This document shows, one piece after another, positions 18,301 to 26,871 of a stretch of 31,334 bases of DNA. Made by a program: the position numbers and the translations under genes. Under the pieces are notes generated by a model. It was given only the letters and a program-made list of their open reading frames with translations. It was not told where the DNA came from and did not search any database. The stretch lies in IMG/VR virus record IMGVR_UViG_3300010362_000071, positions 1 through 31,334 of that record. The stretch is one strand, 5' to 3'. Each line of letters opens with the position of its first letter. Within the stretch, counting starts at the first letter, position 1. This DNA comes from a virus. Its lineage: Duplodnaviria; Caudoviricetes.

Positions 18301-19273
18301 CACTCGCTCCTCTGCTCACGGCCAGCGGCTCCCACGGCTCCACCCGAAACGCCGCCCGCAGCGCGTTCTTGTTCGTGTTGCGCCCCAGCCGACACCACTC
18401 CTTCATGTCGCAGAACGTGCACCCGTCATTGAACCGCCCCTGCATCGACACCTCGCTCACCCCGGGAGCCCCCTCGCGCTCGGCGAGTGCGAGGAGCATC
18501 TGATACTGCTCGACCAGCCGCAGTGCCGAGAGATGCCAGGCCGCCAGCTCGACCTCGCTTCTGGTGACGTAGACGTAGTCGTAGCTCGCATGCCTGACCG
18601 AGCACTCGGTGTACGGGACCCCATGCTCCCTGCACGTTTTGGACGATGTGTGCGGGTCGGGCAGCTCGATCACGTGCAAGACGACGCCCTCGACCTGGTG
18701 CGCGCTCGCCTGTCTGCCGATCCACACCTGCCCGCTCCACTGCGAACTCGTCTTCTGCTTCTCCTTCCACCACTCCGTGATGCGCTTGGTCGTCTTGTGA
18801 TCCATCGACCACTTCCCGCCCGCATCGCTTTTCCGCACCATGGCATCCACCCTGGCGACGTAGAGCACGCCGATGGCGAGCGGCGCCTGGATCGGTGCCT
18901 CCACGGCGCCCTCCACCACCCGGAAGGGGAAGTGCTCATCCAACTGATCCAGGTGCTGGTGAAAGATGGCCTCCACCCGCTCGGGGGCGAAGCGGGCATC
19001 GCTCCCGCCGAGCACGTCCTCGTCGTTCGCTTTCAAGTAGTGCTCGACGGCGCTCTCGTACTCGGCCGCCATGATCCGCACCGCCCTGTTCCTCTGCCGA
19101 TGCGTCATCCAGTGCTCCATGCCCGAGTGGATGGCGTGGCCGGCCTGGAGCGCCAGGCTCTCCGTCCTCGGTGCCAGTCCCAGGCAGAAGCGGAGGTAGG
19201 CATAGGTGTGGCACTTCGCCACCCCCGAGAGGATCGTGTTGTCGACGACCAGGTCAGGCGCCGTCGTCCGCAT
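18293..19273 (-). CDS. PD-(D/E)XK exonuclease (RecB/Cas4-like)
   Basis: GHAIHSGME, ARVDAMV and DHKTT catalytic motifs; N-terminal Cys plus C-terminal CTFCDMKEWC Fe-S-type ligands. Confidence 0.85.
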   Translation of the reverse strand: MRTTAPDLVVDNTILSGVAKCHTYAYLRFCLGLAPRTESLALQAGHAIHSGMEHWMTHRQRNRAVRIMAAEYESAVEHYLKANDEDVLGGSDARFAPERVEAIFHQHLDQLDEHFPFRVVEGAVEAPIQAPLAIGVLYVARVDAMVRKSDAGGKWSMDHKTTKRITEWWKEKQKTSSQWSGQVWIGRQASAHQVEGVVLHVIELPDPHTSSKTCREHGVPYTECSVRHASYDYVYVTRSEVELAAWHLSALRLVEQYQMLLALAEREGAPGVSEVSMQGRFNDGCTFCDMKEWCRLGRNTNKNALRAAFRVEPWEPLAVSRGASDG

Positions 19274-19427
19274 CGTCCCCTCCTCGTTTGGTGTCGGTCT
19301 CGGCGAGCGATTCGCCGAGCGCGTGCTGGTAGCCTGCCAGGAACGCGAGCCGGAGATTGTACTCGGTGTCCTTCAGGAACGGGCGCACCGCAGCACGCAT
19401 GGCGCGCTCCAGCTTCTGCTTGCTCAT
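19254..19427 (-). CDS. Small hypothetical protein (57 aa)
   Basis: ATG 19427 preceded by AGGAGGGACAAGC leader and a promoter; overlaps the nuclease start. Confidence 0.65.
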   Translation of the reverse strand: MSKQKLERAMRAAVRPFLKDTEYNLRLAFLAGYQHALGESLAETDTKRGGDDADDGA

Positions 19428-19460
19428 GTGCTTGTCCCTCCTACTACAGTGAGCTGCTAG

Positions 19461-19484
19461 ATCATAGCAGTGGTGAAATGTCAA
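19461..19484 (-). promoter_or_regulatory. Leftward sigma70-type promoter (extended -10)
   Basis: TGcTATGAT extended -10; TTGACA present but only 12 nt upstream. Confidence 0.55.
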
Positions 19485-19498
19485 CAGTCCCTCAGTCC

Positions 19499-19738
19499 CT
19501 AACAGTCGCGCCGGGGCTCGCACCAGCACCCGAGCTTTTGATCTGGCGATCCATCGGCGGGTGGCGCTCCGTACACCTCGCTCCAGTGCCTGACCTCGCC
19601 CTGGTCGCCGAGTAGCTCCCGACACACGTCCTCCGACTCGACCACCTCGGTGACGATGGGGCGCTGTGGCCCGCCTGGGTCGGTCGCCGGGTGGCCCCAG
19701 CACCAGAGCTGCCAGAGGAGTGCGACGATCGGCAGCAT
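19499..19738 (-). CDS. Small putative exported protein
   Basis: Hydrophobic N-terminus MLPIVALLWQLWCW, several Cys, GGAGG upstream. Confidence 0.5.
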   Translation of the reverse strand: MLPIVALLWQLWCWGHPATDPGGPQRPIVTEVVESEDVCRELLGDQGEVRHWSEVYGAPPADGSPDQKLGCWCEPRRDC

Positions 19739-19742
19739 GGCG

Positions 19743-20084
19743 TCAGTGCCCGACCTCCTCTCGGGGTCGCTCCAGCGCGATCCCGCACACCTCGGCCAGC
19801 ATCGGATCCCCGGCGAGCATCATCGCCTGCACCAGGATGCAGGTTGCCTCCAGCGAGAGCGTCGCCATCAGCTGGCGCACCTCGTGGGCGAGCTGCTTGA
19901 GCGTCGCCTGGCGTGCGTCGATGACGCCGTCCAAGATGCCGTAGCGCGCCGCCAAGTCGGCGAGCGCCTGGTAGCCCGCACTGGCCTCCTCAAGATAGCG
20001 GTGCATCAACCTGAGCGTGCGGGCGAACAGCGCCTCCTCGTCCTCTCCGCACACCACCACCTGGTCATTCTTTATCGTCCGCAT
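19743..20084 (-). CDS. Hypothetical helical protein
   Basis: ATG 20084 after GGAGAAGGA; overlaps upstream gene. Confidence 0.65.
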   Translation of the reverse strand: MRTIKNDQVVVCGEDEEALFARTLRLMHRYLEEASAGYQALADLAARYGILDGVIDARQATLKQLAHEVRQLMATLSLEATCILVQAMMLAGDPMLAEVCGIALERPREEVGH

Positions 20085-20286
20085 CGTCCTTCTCCTCTCT
20101 CTCTGGCTCCCGCTCCAGCGCGTGGCTGCGGCAGATCGGGTTGCCGTTCTCATCGAGATCGTAGCCCATGATCCGCCGTCCGCACCGACTGCACTGCACC
20201 GCCTGTGGCATCGTCCCCCCCTTCGAGAGCCAGTCCATCGTCAGCCAGAAGGCCTGGACCTTCTCCTTGATCGTCGGTTTCTTCAT
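20065..20286 (-). CDS. Small zinc-finger protein
   Basis: CSRC...CRSH motif. Confidence 0.6.
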   Translation of the reverse strand: MKKPTIKEKVQAFWLTMDWLSKGGTMPQAVQCSRCGRRIMGYDLDENGNPICRSHALEREPEREEKDDADDKE

Positions 20287-20416
20287 CGCTCCGAAATCTC
20301 CAGGGTACCTATCCCTCGCCCTTCTCTCCCCTGGCCGTCCCCACGCCGTGGTGGGGCATCAAGTGCCGGCTCCGCATGTGGCGACGGGCGCACATTTGCG
20401 TCATGTCGTCGTGTCG

Positions 20417-20737
20417 TTACTGTCCACGCTCCTCTGGCTCTGGTGGCGCCACCACCTTCGTCATCCCGCCAGTGACGCGCTCGATCGCCGCCGGCAGTGC
20501 CGCCAAGACGAGCTTCATCTCGTCTGCTGCCACCGCTGCCAGGACGCTCGCCGTCCCATCCTCCCTGGTGACGATGCCAAAGATGCCCGTCACCCGGTCA
20601 AGCGCCAGCTCGCGCTGCGCATCATGGAGGGCCGACTTGAGCACGCGGACGACGTTGCGCCGCTTGGCGGCCGGGGTCTCTGCCTTTCTCCGTTCGATGG
20701 CGACGGCGTCGACCGTCGGCTTGTCGTTGATTGTCAT
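20417..20737 (-). CDS. Hypothetical protein
   Basis: AAGGAG RBS, GC3-rich codons. Confidence 0.7.
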   Translation of the reverse strand: MTINDKPTVDAVAIERRKAETPAAKRRNVVRVLKSALHDAQRELALDRVTGIFGIVTREDGTASVLAAVAADEMKLVLAALPAAIERVTGGMTKVVAPPEPEERGQ

Positions 20738-20760
20738 AATATGTCTCCTTCCCCTCCTAT

Positions 20761-21645
20761 CTAGCCATGCTCTAGCTCCTCGGCAACCAGCTTGGCGACG
20801 TCCGCCCGCGCTCCCTTGATGGCGTCACGGACCAGCTCCGTGAGGGTCGACTCCAGCTCGCGCAGCGTGCGCTCGGCCCGCAGCGAGAACATCTCCAGAT
20901 GCTCCCGGCGCCCGTTCGTCTCGGCCACTGCCACTCCTCTTGGGTGAGCCAGCTCGGCCGTCGCCACACCGGGGATGAGCGCATGCTTCTGTGGCCGCCT
21001 CCCCTTCCTGCGCCTGGTCGGCACCGGGGGCCGCTCCCCCATCTCCACCCGGTAGAGCCGCTGGTTGCCGAGCCGCGCCACCTCCAGCGCCACCTTCCCC
21101 CCGTTGCGCAGCTGCGTCAGCGTCGTCGTCGAGGAGTCCTTGGTGCAGCTCGTATAGCCGAGCCCCCGCATGGCCCGGAACAGCTCCTTCGCCGTGAACC
21201 ACCTTCCCTCGGTGGCCATGGTCCACTCGTAGACCGCCACATAGAGGTGCTTGCGCCTGGCGGGGGGTGGCGCCGTCACGGCTGGCTCCTCCTCCGCTCG
21301 CTCCACTGTCACTGTCGTGTCGTCTGCCATCGTCGTCTCCATCTGCGGCGCCTCGCTCGCCGCGCATGCTGTTGTTGGTTCTGCTGTAGGCACTGTCACC
21401 CCCATCCGGCGCTCCACGAAGGCCGCTACCTCGGCCATCGGATCGAGCGGCCCGGCCGCCACCTGCTCGCGGCGCCGCTCCTCACTACGCCGGCGGCGCA
21501 GCTCGCGGTGCCAGCACCGCTTCTTGTGGTAGAGCTGCTTTCGGACCCCACCATTGTGCGGCACCATCTCCTGCACGGCGTTTCTGTGCTGCACGACTGG
21601 CAGCCCACAGAACCCGCACAGCATGCCTGGTTTGGGGACTCTCAT
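20761..21645 (-). CDS. Putative DNA-binding protein (N-terminal Zn finger, central winged HTH, C-terminal coiled coil)
   Basis: CGFC...HKKRC; FTAKELFRAMRGLGY...TTLTQLRNGG...LYRV wHTH pattern. Confidence 0.62.
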   Translation of the reverse strand: MRVPKPGMLCGFCGLPVVQHRNAVQEMVPHNGGVRKQLYHKKRCWHRELRRRRSEERRREQVAAGPLDPMAEVAAFVERRMGVTVPTAEPTTACAASEAPQMETTMADDTTVTVERAEEEPAVTAPPPARRKHLYVAVYEWTMATEGRWFTAKELFRAMRGLGYTSCTKDSSTTTLTQLRNGGKVALEVARLGNQRLYRVEMGERPPVPTRRRKGRRPQKHALIPGVATAELAHPRGVAVAETNGRREHLEMFSLRAERTLRELESTLTELVRDAIKGARADVAKLVAEELEHG

Positions 21646-21824
21646 GGCGTCAGCCCACTGTGATCCCGTACCGCTTCGAGGAATGCGCCCGCGTCAAAGC
21701 GTGGATCGAATCGCTGGAAGTATGCCAGGAAGGCTGCGAGCACCGTGCGTGCCTCTTCCGTTCCGGCGTACTGGCGCCGCTGATAGAGATACTCGGTTAC
21801 CCATTCGCCCTGCTCTCGTGTCAT
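21642..21824 (-). CDS. Small phage early protein (PRFD..F motif family)
   Basis: DPRFDAGAFLEA resembles the NPRFDxxRFxxA motif of a small phage protein family; ATGA coupling on both sides. Confidence 0.65.
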   Translation of the reverse strand: MTREQGEWVTEYLYQRRQYAGTEEARTVLAAFLAYFQRFDPRFDAGAFLEAVRDHSGLTP

Positions 21825-22114
21825 CGTTCGCCCTCGCGTCGAGCGTCGGCGCGAGCCTCCATCGCCGCGACGTAGGCATCCTCGGCCTGCTCCTCGGCCG
21901 CGTGGAAGAGCTGTGCCTCCAGCTCCGCCATGGCCTCGGGCGGGAGGTGGCCGAGCAGATTCAGCCCCGGCTGGCCCTTCTTCGTGAGCATGACGGCCTC
22001 CAGCTCACACCCTCCCGGATCCCCCGGGTCCCAGCCCTCGGGCGCCACCGGGAAGTCCACACTCCCGTGCACGGTGACTTCTAGCTCGATCGCCGTCGTG
22101 AACCTGACTGCCAT
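21821..22114 (-). CDS. Acidic hypothetical early protein
   Basis: First gene after a promoter, ACAAGGAGGGACAAGC leader. Confidence 0.75.
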   Translation of the reverse strand: MAVRFTTAIELEVTVHGSVDFPVAPEGWDPGDPGGCELEAVMLTKKGQPGLNLLGHLPPEAMAELEAQLFHAAEEQAEDAYVAAMEARADARREGER

Positions 22115-22139
22115 GCGCTTGTCCCTCCTTGTTGGTGCT

Positions 22140-22168
22140 ACCTTATAGCACGCTCAACCCGATGTCAA
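22140..22168 (-). promoter_or_regulatory. Leftward sigma70-type early promoter
   Basis: TTGACA-N17-TAAGGT; shares TTGACATCGGGT with the promoter at 23216-23243. Confidence 0.75.
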
Positions 22169-22446
22169 GACCTATCTCGCCTCGCTACCTTCCTAGCCGC
22201 GATGCCCTTGCTGACGAAGTCCGCCGTCGGGACGCAGCGCCGGTGGATGTGCCCGCTCTCCTTCCCCGTCCACTTGGTCCCCCGGATGCGGTGGGAGAAG
22301 CCGACCTCTCCTGACCCGACGTGCCCCCCGCACCGCACACACACCGCACCGCCCCCGCTGCCCGAGAGGAAGAAGGTGCGCCAGGTCTCGTAGACCTCGC
22401 GGGTGGGGGGGAAGAGCCACTGGATGCGCCGTGCAAGCCCAGTCAT
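22165..22446 (-). CDS. Small zinc-binding protein
   Basis: CVRC...HRRC; ATG 22446 overlaps the upstream stop (ATGA). Confidence 0.6.
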   Translation of the reverse strand: MTGLARRIQWLFPPTREVYETWRTFFLSGSGGGAVCVRCGGHVGSGEVGFSHRIRGTKWTGKESGHIHRRCVPTADFVSKGIAARKVARRDRS

Positions 22447-22613
22447 GGCTCCCCCCGCATGCGCCGCACCATCACGAGCACGCTCACCTGCCCGAGCACG
22501 AGGCACAGCTCCCACACCGCCCAGGCGCGGAGGTCGCCGTAGCGCCTCCAGGCTCGCTCATCCTCGGCCTCTGCCTCCAGGAGTCCCATCGGATCGAACC
22601 CATGCTTGCTCAT
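22443..22613 (-). CDS. Small hypothetical protein, possibly membrane-associated
   Basis: ATG 22613 in ATGA overlap with GAGG RBS; hydrophobic C-terminal half. Confidence 0.55.
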   Translation of the reverse strand: MSKHGFDPMGLLEAEAEDERAWRRYGDLRAWAVWELCLVLGQVSVLVMVRRMRGEP

Positions 22614-23164
22614 GGCGCCACCTCGGCCATCTTCTCGGTCTCGGCCATCTTCTCGGTGATGGCCTTCCGCACCTCCTCGGCCAGCTTCTTCCCTCCCAGC
22701 GCATGGGGCTCGATGGCCTCCATCAGGGCCGTCTGTGCCTCGGTCAGCTCCACCACCTTGACGCGCACCCGTGCTGCCAGGGCCTCGATGGCGACGCGCT
22801 CCTCCCCAGCCAGGGGCTTGTAGACACTGCTGCTCCAGTTGGAGACGCTGTCCTTGGCGCCCCCCTGCCACGTCACCAGGACGTCCCCAGTGCTCGCGTG
22901 GATGCCCCTCGCGTGGCCGTGGACGAGCTTGCCGTTCTCGGGGACGACGTAGGTGAAGGGGACGGCGACGCTGAGCTTGGCCTCCTTCACCTTCACCTTG
23001 AGCACGGCCCGCAGCTCGTCATCGGTGCTGGTCGGCCCTGCCACCATGTTCTCCCGGCTGGGCTCCTCTCCGTCTGCGTGGGCGTAGAAGGTGCCGTACT
23101 CGGTGACCGTGAACACGAGCCAGGTCTGGTCGATCTTCCGTCGCGTGTACTTCGTGAACGTCAT
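22610..23164 (-). CDS. Hypothetical early protein
   Basis: ATG 23164 preceded by ACAAGGAGGGACAAGCG; first gene after a promoter. Confidence 0.78.
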   Translation of the reverse strand: MTFTKYTRRKIDQTWLVFTVTEYGTFYAHADGEEPSRENMVAGPTSTDDELRAVLKVKVKEAKLSVAVPFTYVVPENGKLVHGHARGIHASTGDVLVTWQGGAKDSVSNWSSSVYKPLAGEERVAIEALAARVRVKVVELTEAQTALMEAIEPHALGGKKLAEEVRKAITEKMAETEKMAEVAP

Positions 23165-23215
23165 CGCTTGTCCCTCCTTGTCTGTCCTAGCTTGTTGTTC
23201 TTGCTTGCCTGCCAT

Positions 23216-23243
23216 AACTTAGCACACTAGCACCCGATGTCAA
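23216..23243 (-). promoter_or_regulatory. Leftward sigma70-type early promoter
   Basis: TTGACA-N16-TAAGTT with extended -10 TG. Confidence 0.72.
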
Positions 23244-23250
23244 GCACCCC

Positions 23251-23643
23251 CTACTCCTCGCCCTCCTGGAGCACCGCAGTCGGCTGGAGGCGCCAGGCGA
23301 GCTGGTCGAAGCCGCAGGCCGGGCACTCCTCCCCTGGCCTGACCTTCCTCTGGCTGCCCCACTTCCTCGACCACCGCTTGTCGGGGTGGTGGAGCTGGAC
23401 GTGGATGCGTACTTCGAGGGGGGCCAGCTCTGTCGTGGTGTCGGGGTAGTCATAGGGAAACACCCACTGCGGGCAGATGCGGCAGCGGAAGCGGTAGGTC
23501 GGCATCTTGACCCCCTCCACCCGCACCTTGGTGCGCCGCATGGAGAGGCACCTGCTGACGGGCATGCCGCTCTTGGTCCGCTTCCACTTTACGAAGCGTA
23601 AGAAGCCCCTTTGACGCTGCATATGCTCCCGTTCGCGATTCAT
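23251..23643 (-). CDS. Zinc-binding hypothetical protein
   Basis: MPTYRFRCRIC...HVQLHH...CPAC; AAGGAGG before ATG 23643, alternative start at 23505 with GGAGG. Confidence 0.6.
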   Translation of the reverse strand: MNREREHMQRQRGFLRFVKWKRTKSGMPVSRCLSMRRTKVRVEGVKMPTYRFRCRICPQWVFPYDYPDTTTELAPLEVRIHVQLHHPDKRWSRKWGSQRKVRPGEECPACGFDQLAWRLQPTAVLQEGEE

Positions 23644-23751
23644 CCATTCGCCTCCTTAGCGGCTATTCTAAACATAGCCACAGTGTTTCTGCCAGGGTTA
23701 AACGGAAAAAGCCTTACGGGTCAAGGCTTTTCCTCGAAAGCCTCTGACCCC

Positions 23752-24089
<338 letters not shown>

Positions 24090-24241
24090 TGGGAAATTGA
24101 GGTGGTGGCTGAAAATCCAAGAAATCGGCTACTTAGCGAGGATAAAATGGGGTAAAGTTAAGGGATGTTCCTATATTTGCGATTTCTAGCCGAAATCATC
24201 TCCAATACCCCAAATTGCGGCCACTTTTCCCCCCTATACGT

Positions 24242-24383
24242 GATCCTGAGCTGAAAACCCTTTCGCGTGCGTGATCCTGAGCTTCATTTCTTTCTAGCAG
24301 CCGGAGTGTGGCCGGAGAACGCCCCGCGCGATCCTGAGCTTCGCCGCGCTCGCGCGCGCGATCCTGAGCGCCTGATCCTGAGC
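24242..24383 (+). repeat. Five direct repeats of GATCCTGAGC
   Basis: Copies start at 24242, 24273, 24330, 24360 and 24374. Confidence 0.92.
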
Positions 24384-24527
24384 TGGGGGAGCCCGCCCGA
24401 GGGGCCGGGCGCCTGCCAGCACCTCCAGGGAGCGCGCCCCGCGCGTCGCGCGCGCCTGCGCGCCGCGTGCGCGCGTTCCGTCTCTGCGCCGCGACGGCGC
24501 CGGCCGCCGGGCCTGCCAGGCCCTAGC

Positions 24528-24556
24528 TTGCAATATGTTGGCACCCGTGCCATGGT
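24528..24556 (+). promoter_or_regulatory. Rightward sigma70-type promoter of the AAA-VWA operon
   Basis: TTGCAA-N17-CATGGT with extended -10 TG. Confidence 0.55.
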
Positions 24557-24605
24557 GGTGCTCCCGCCGGGCACGGTGCCCGGCCGGAACTCGAAGGAGA
24601 CCGAG

Positions 24606-25334
24606 ATGGCAACTCGCAAGTCGACCGCAACCAAGGTGGCGCACCACGTGATCGAGGACCCGTGGGGAGTCTTCCTCTCCGTCGCGGCCTACGTCCGGCG
24701 CATCCTCCTGCACTCCGAAGCCCCTGGCACCGGCAAGACGTCGGCGGGGCGCGCCCTGGCCGAAGCCCGGGGCTACGACTACGTCGCGGTCACGCTCGCC
24801 GAGACGACCCAGGTGACTGATCTCCTGGGGCACCTCATGCCGGTCGGGCCGGATGAGTGGGCCTGGCACGACGGTCCCATCGCTGCCGCCATCCGTCGCG
24901 GCCGCACCGTCATCGCGCTGAACGACCTCCCCAACGGTGGCGCCGATGTTCAACATGTCTGTTACTCGCTGCTCGAAGCCGGCAAGAACGCCGTCATCAC
25001 CCTTTCCAACGGCGAGGTCCTTCCCATCCCGAACAGCGTCGTCATCGTCGCCTCGCAGAACCCGAAGCCGGAGGAGACGCTGACGCCAGCCGTCATCTCC
25101 CGTTTCCAGGTCGTCCTCGACATCGGCGACAACGTCTCCCCGATGCTCCTCGATGCGCTCCCTGACCACCTCCGCAGCATGGTCGCCGACCACCGCATGG
25201 CTGCTCGCGAGGCCTTCGCACTCCTCGACCTCGTGGCCGAAGGGTGCCCGCCCTTCGCCGCCGTGCAGGCCGTCCTTGGCACCGAGCGTGCTCGCGACTA
25301 CGGCGACGCGCTGGCGATCGCCCTGGCATCCTGA
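24606..25334 (+). CDS. MoxR/CbbQ/CobS-like AAA+ ATPase
   Basis: APGTGKTS Walker A, DLLG...WHDGPI helix-2 insert, IVASQNP sensor I, LTPAVISRF arginine finger; AAGGAG RBS supports ATG 24606. Confidence 0.85.
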   Translation: MATRKSTATKVAHHVIEDPWGVFLSVAAYVRRILLHSEAPGTGKTSAGRALAEARGYDYVAVTLAETTQVTDLLGHLMPVGPDEWAWHDGPIAAAIRRGRTVIALNDLPNGGADVQHVCYSLLEAGKNAVITLSNGEVLPIPNSVVIVASQNPKPEETLTPAVISRFQVVLDIGDNVSPMLLDALPDHLRSMVADHRMAAREAFALLDLVAEGCPPFAAVQAVLGTERARDYGDALAIALAS

Positions 25335-25357
25335 AGGCACGAGGAGGAGCAACCGAG

Positions 25358-26638
25358 ATGGCTCGCAAACCAACAGTCTACCCGGAGCTGATTAAGCCGG
25401 GCGCCTGGCAAGTCGAGGAGTGGCGCCCCGATGGCAAGGGCTCGCCATGCCCCTGCACCGACACGGCCGGCCGGCGCATGCTGGTGCCCGCTGGCCATGG
25501 CCCCTTCGCTCGTGAAGTCAAGTTTCACGAAATGCTGCACGTGAAATACTCGCCCGAGGTGGTGCCGTCGGAAGCCGAGTGCGGCGCCACCACCATGTCC
25601 GTACTCGCCGCCGAGGACGCTCGCATCAATCTCCTCGGAGCGCGCATCCGCCCGCACGACGCCGCCCGCTACACCCCGACGGCCGATGCCTTCACTCTGG
25701 CCCAACGCATGACGGTGCGCGCCATGGCGCAAGTGGCCACCGCATGCGTTGGCTTCGCGACGTGGGAGCAACACCTAGAGAAGCTACGAGCCGACTTCCT
25801 GAACCTCTACCGCATGGAGACGCTTCCCATGTGGCTCCGGGACCACGCGGCTAACCTCTACCGCGCCATCGGCCAGGTGAAGCGGGAGGCCCCGGCCTTC
25901 ATCGAGCGTTACAGCCGGAGGTGGGAAGGCACGCTCGCCCTGGCACGGTGGCTCGACAAGTTCGACGACGGCAGCCCACAGCCACCACCCGAGCCACGCG
26001 ACAAGGGCGGCGAAGGTGACGAGGACGGCGAGTCGGAGTATGGCGAGAAGCCGGACACGACCGACGGCACGCCTGGCTGGGGCACCATGGAAATCGAGAC
26101 GCCGCCCCTGACGGTGCGCCACCGTGTCGCCGGCGGTCGGCGCTTCACGCCATCAGCAACCGGCGTGGCTCCTCGCAACTGGGGTCGGCTCGTCACTGGC
26201 CAAGTCTTCTCGCGCCCGGCGAAGTCCCGCACCACACCGGACGCCGTCTTGATCGATCAGTCCGGTTCCATGCACTGGGATTCGGCGAAGCTTCACGAGC
26301 TGGTGGGCCGCATGCCGGTCGGCGTCATCGCTGGCTACTGCGGCGACGGCGGGCGCGGTGTGCTCAAGATTCTCGCTCGCGACGGCCGCATGGTGGAAGA
26401 GTCCGAAGTCGAGCCATACACAGCGGGAAACGAGATTGACGGCCCCGCACTTCGCTGGCTAGCAAAGCAGAAGGGTCGCAAGGTGTGGGTGAGCGACCAG
26501 GCCGTGTGCTCCTCGCGCTCGCATGACGACGGCGCGCTCCTCCGTGACTGCAACAGCATCCGCGCCGCCGCCGGCATCAAGGTCTGTCTGTCCACCGAGC
26601 CACGCGACATCATGGCGACGCTACGAGGAAAGAAGTAA
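25358..26638 (+). CDS. HEXXH metallopeptidase-like + VWA domain protein (CobT-like MoxR partner)
   Basis: HEMLH...EDARIN in the N-terminal part, acidic linker, LIDQSGSM MIDAS motif, VWVSDQ; GAGGAG RBS before ATG 25358. Confidence 0.8.
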   Translation: MARKPTVYPELIKPGAWQVEEWRPDGKGSPCPCTDTAGRRMLVPAGHGPFAREVKFHEMLHVKYSPEVVPSEAECGATTMSVLAAEDARINLLGARIRPHDAARYTPTADAFTLAQRMTVRAMAQVATACVGFATWEQHLEKLRADFLNLYRMETLPMWLRDHAANLYRAIGQVKREAPAFIERYSRRWEGTLALARWLDKFDDGSPQPPPEPRDKGGEGDEDGESEYGEKPDTTDGTPGWGTMEIETPPLTVRHRVAGGRRFTPSATGVAPRNWGRLVTGQVFSRPAKSRTTPDAVLIDQSGSMHWDSAKLHELVGRMPVGVIAGYCGDGGRGVLKILARDGRMVEESEVEPYTAGNEIDGPALRWLAKQKGRKVWVSDQAVCSSRSHDDGALLRDCNSIRAAAGIKVCLSTEPRDIMATLRGKK

Positions 26639-26644
26639 GCTAGC

Positions 26645-26684
26645 AAAGGTGGGCGCTCCCTTCGGGGGGCGCCCGCTTTTTTTT
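26645..26684 (+). terminator. Intrinsic terminator
   Basis: GGGCGCTCCC-TTCG-GGGGGCGCCC stem with C(UUCG)G loop followed by T8. Confidence 0.92.
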
Positions 26685-26871
26685 CCGTAGCGTGCTACCG
26701 ATTCCGTAGCGGCCGTCAAAGGACTGGCCAGCAGACAGTGAATCTACCTTTCTAGCACCGCCCTGGCGCGGCCGAGCGAGGCTTGCTGAGCGATACCTCC
26801 CCGGCCTCGCGAACACGAGCGGAGAAGTCGCTCCTTGCGTCCGGGCGCATCTGTGAGTAGTTAGCGTTGCT

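Noticed and set aside
24242-24383. CRISPR-like array
   Set aside because: Repeats are only 10-14 nt with irregular spacing; the Cas4-like nuclease belongs to the recombination module
24267-24605. N-terminal extension of the AAA ATPase (similarly 4478-4804, 13410-13529, 25244-25357)
   Set aside because: Runs through repeats, promoter or upstream genes; good RBSs support the downstream ATGs
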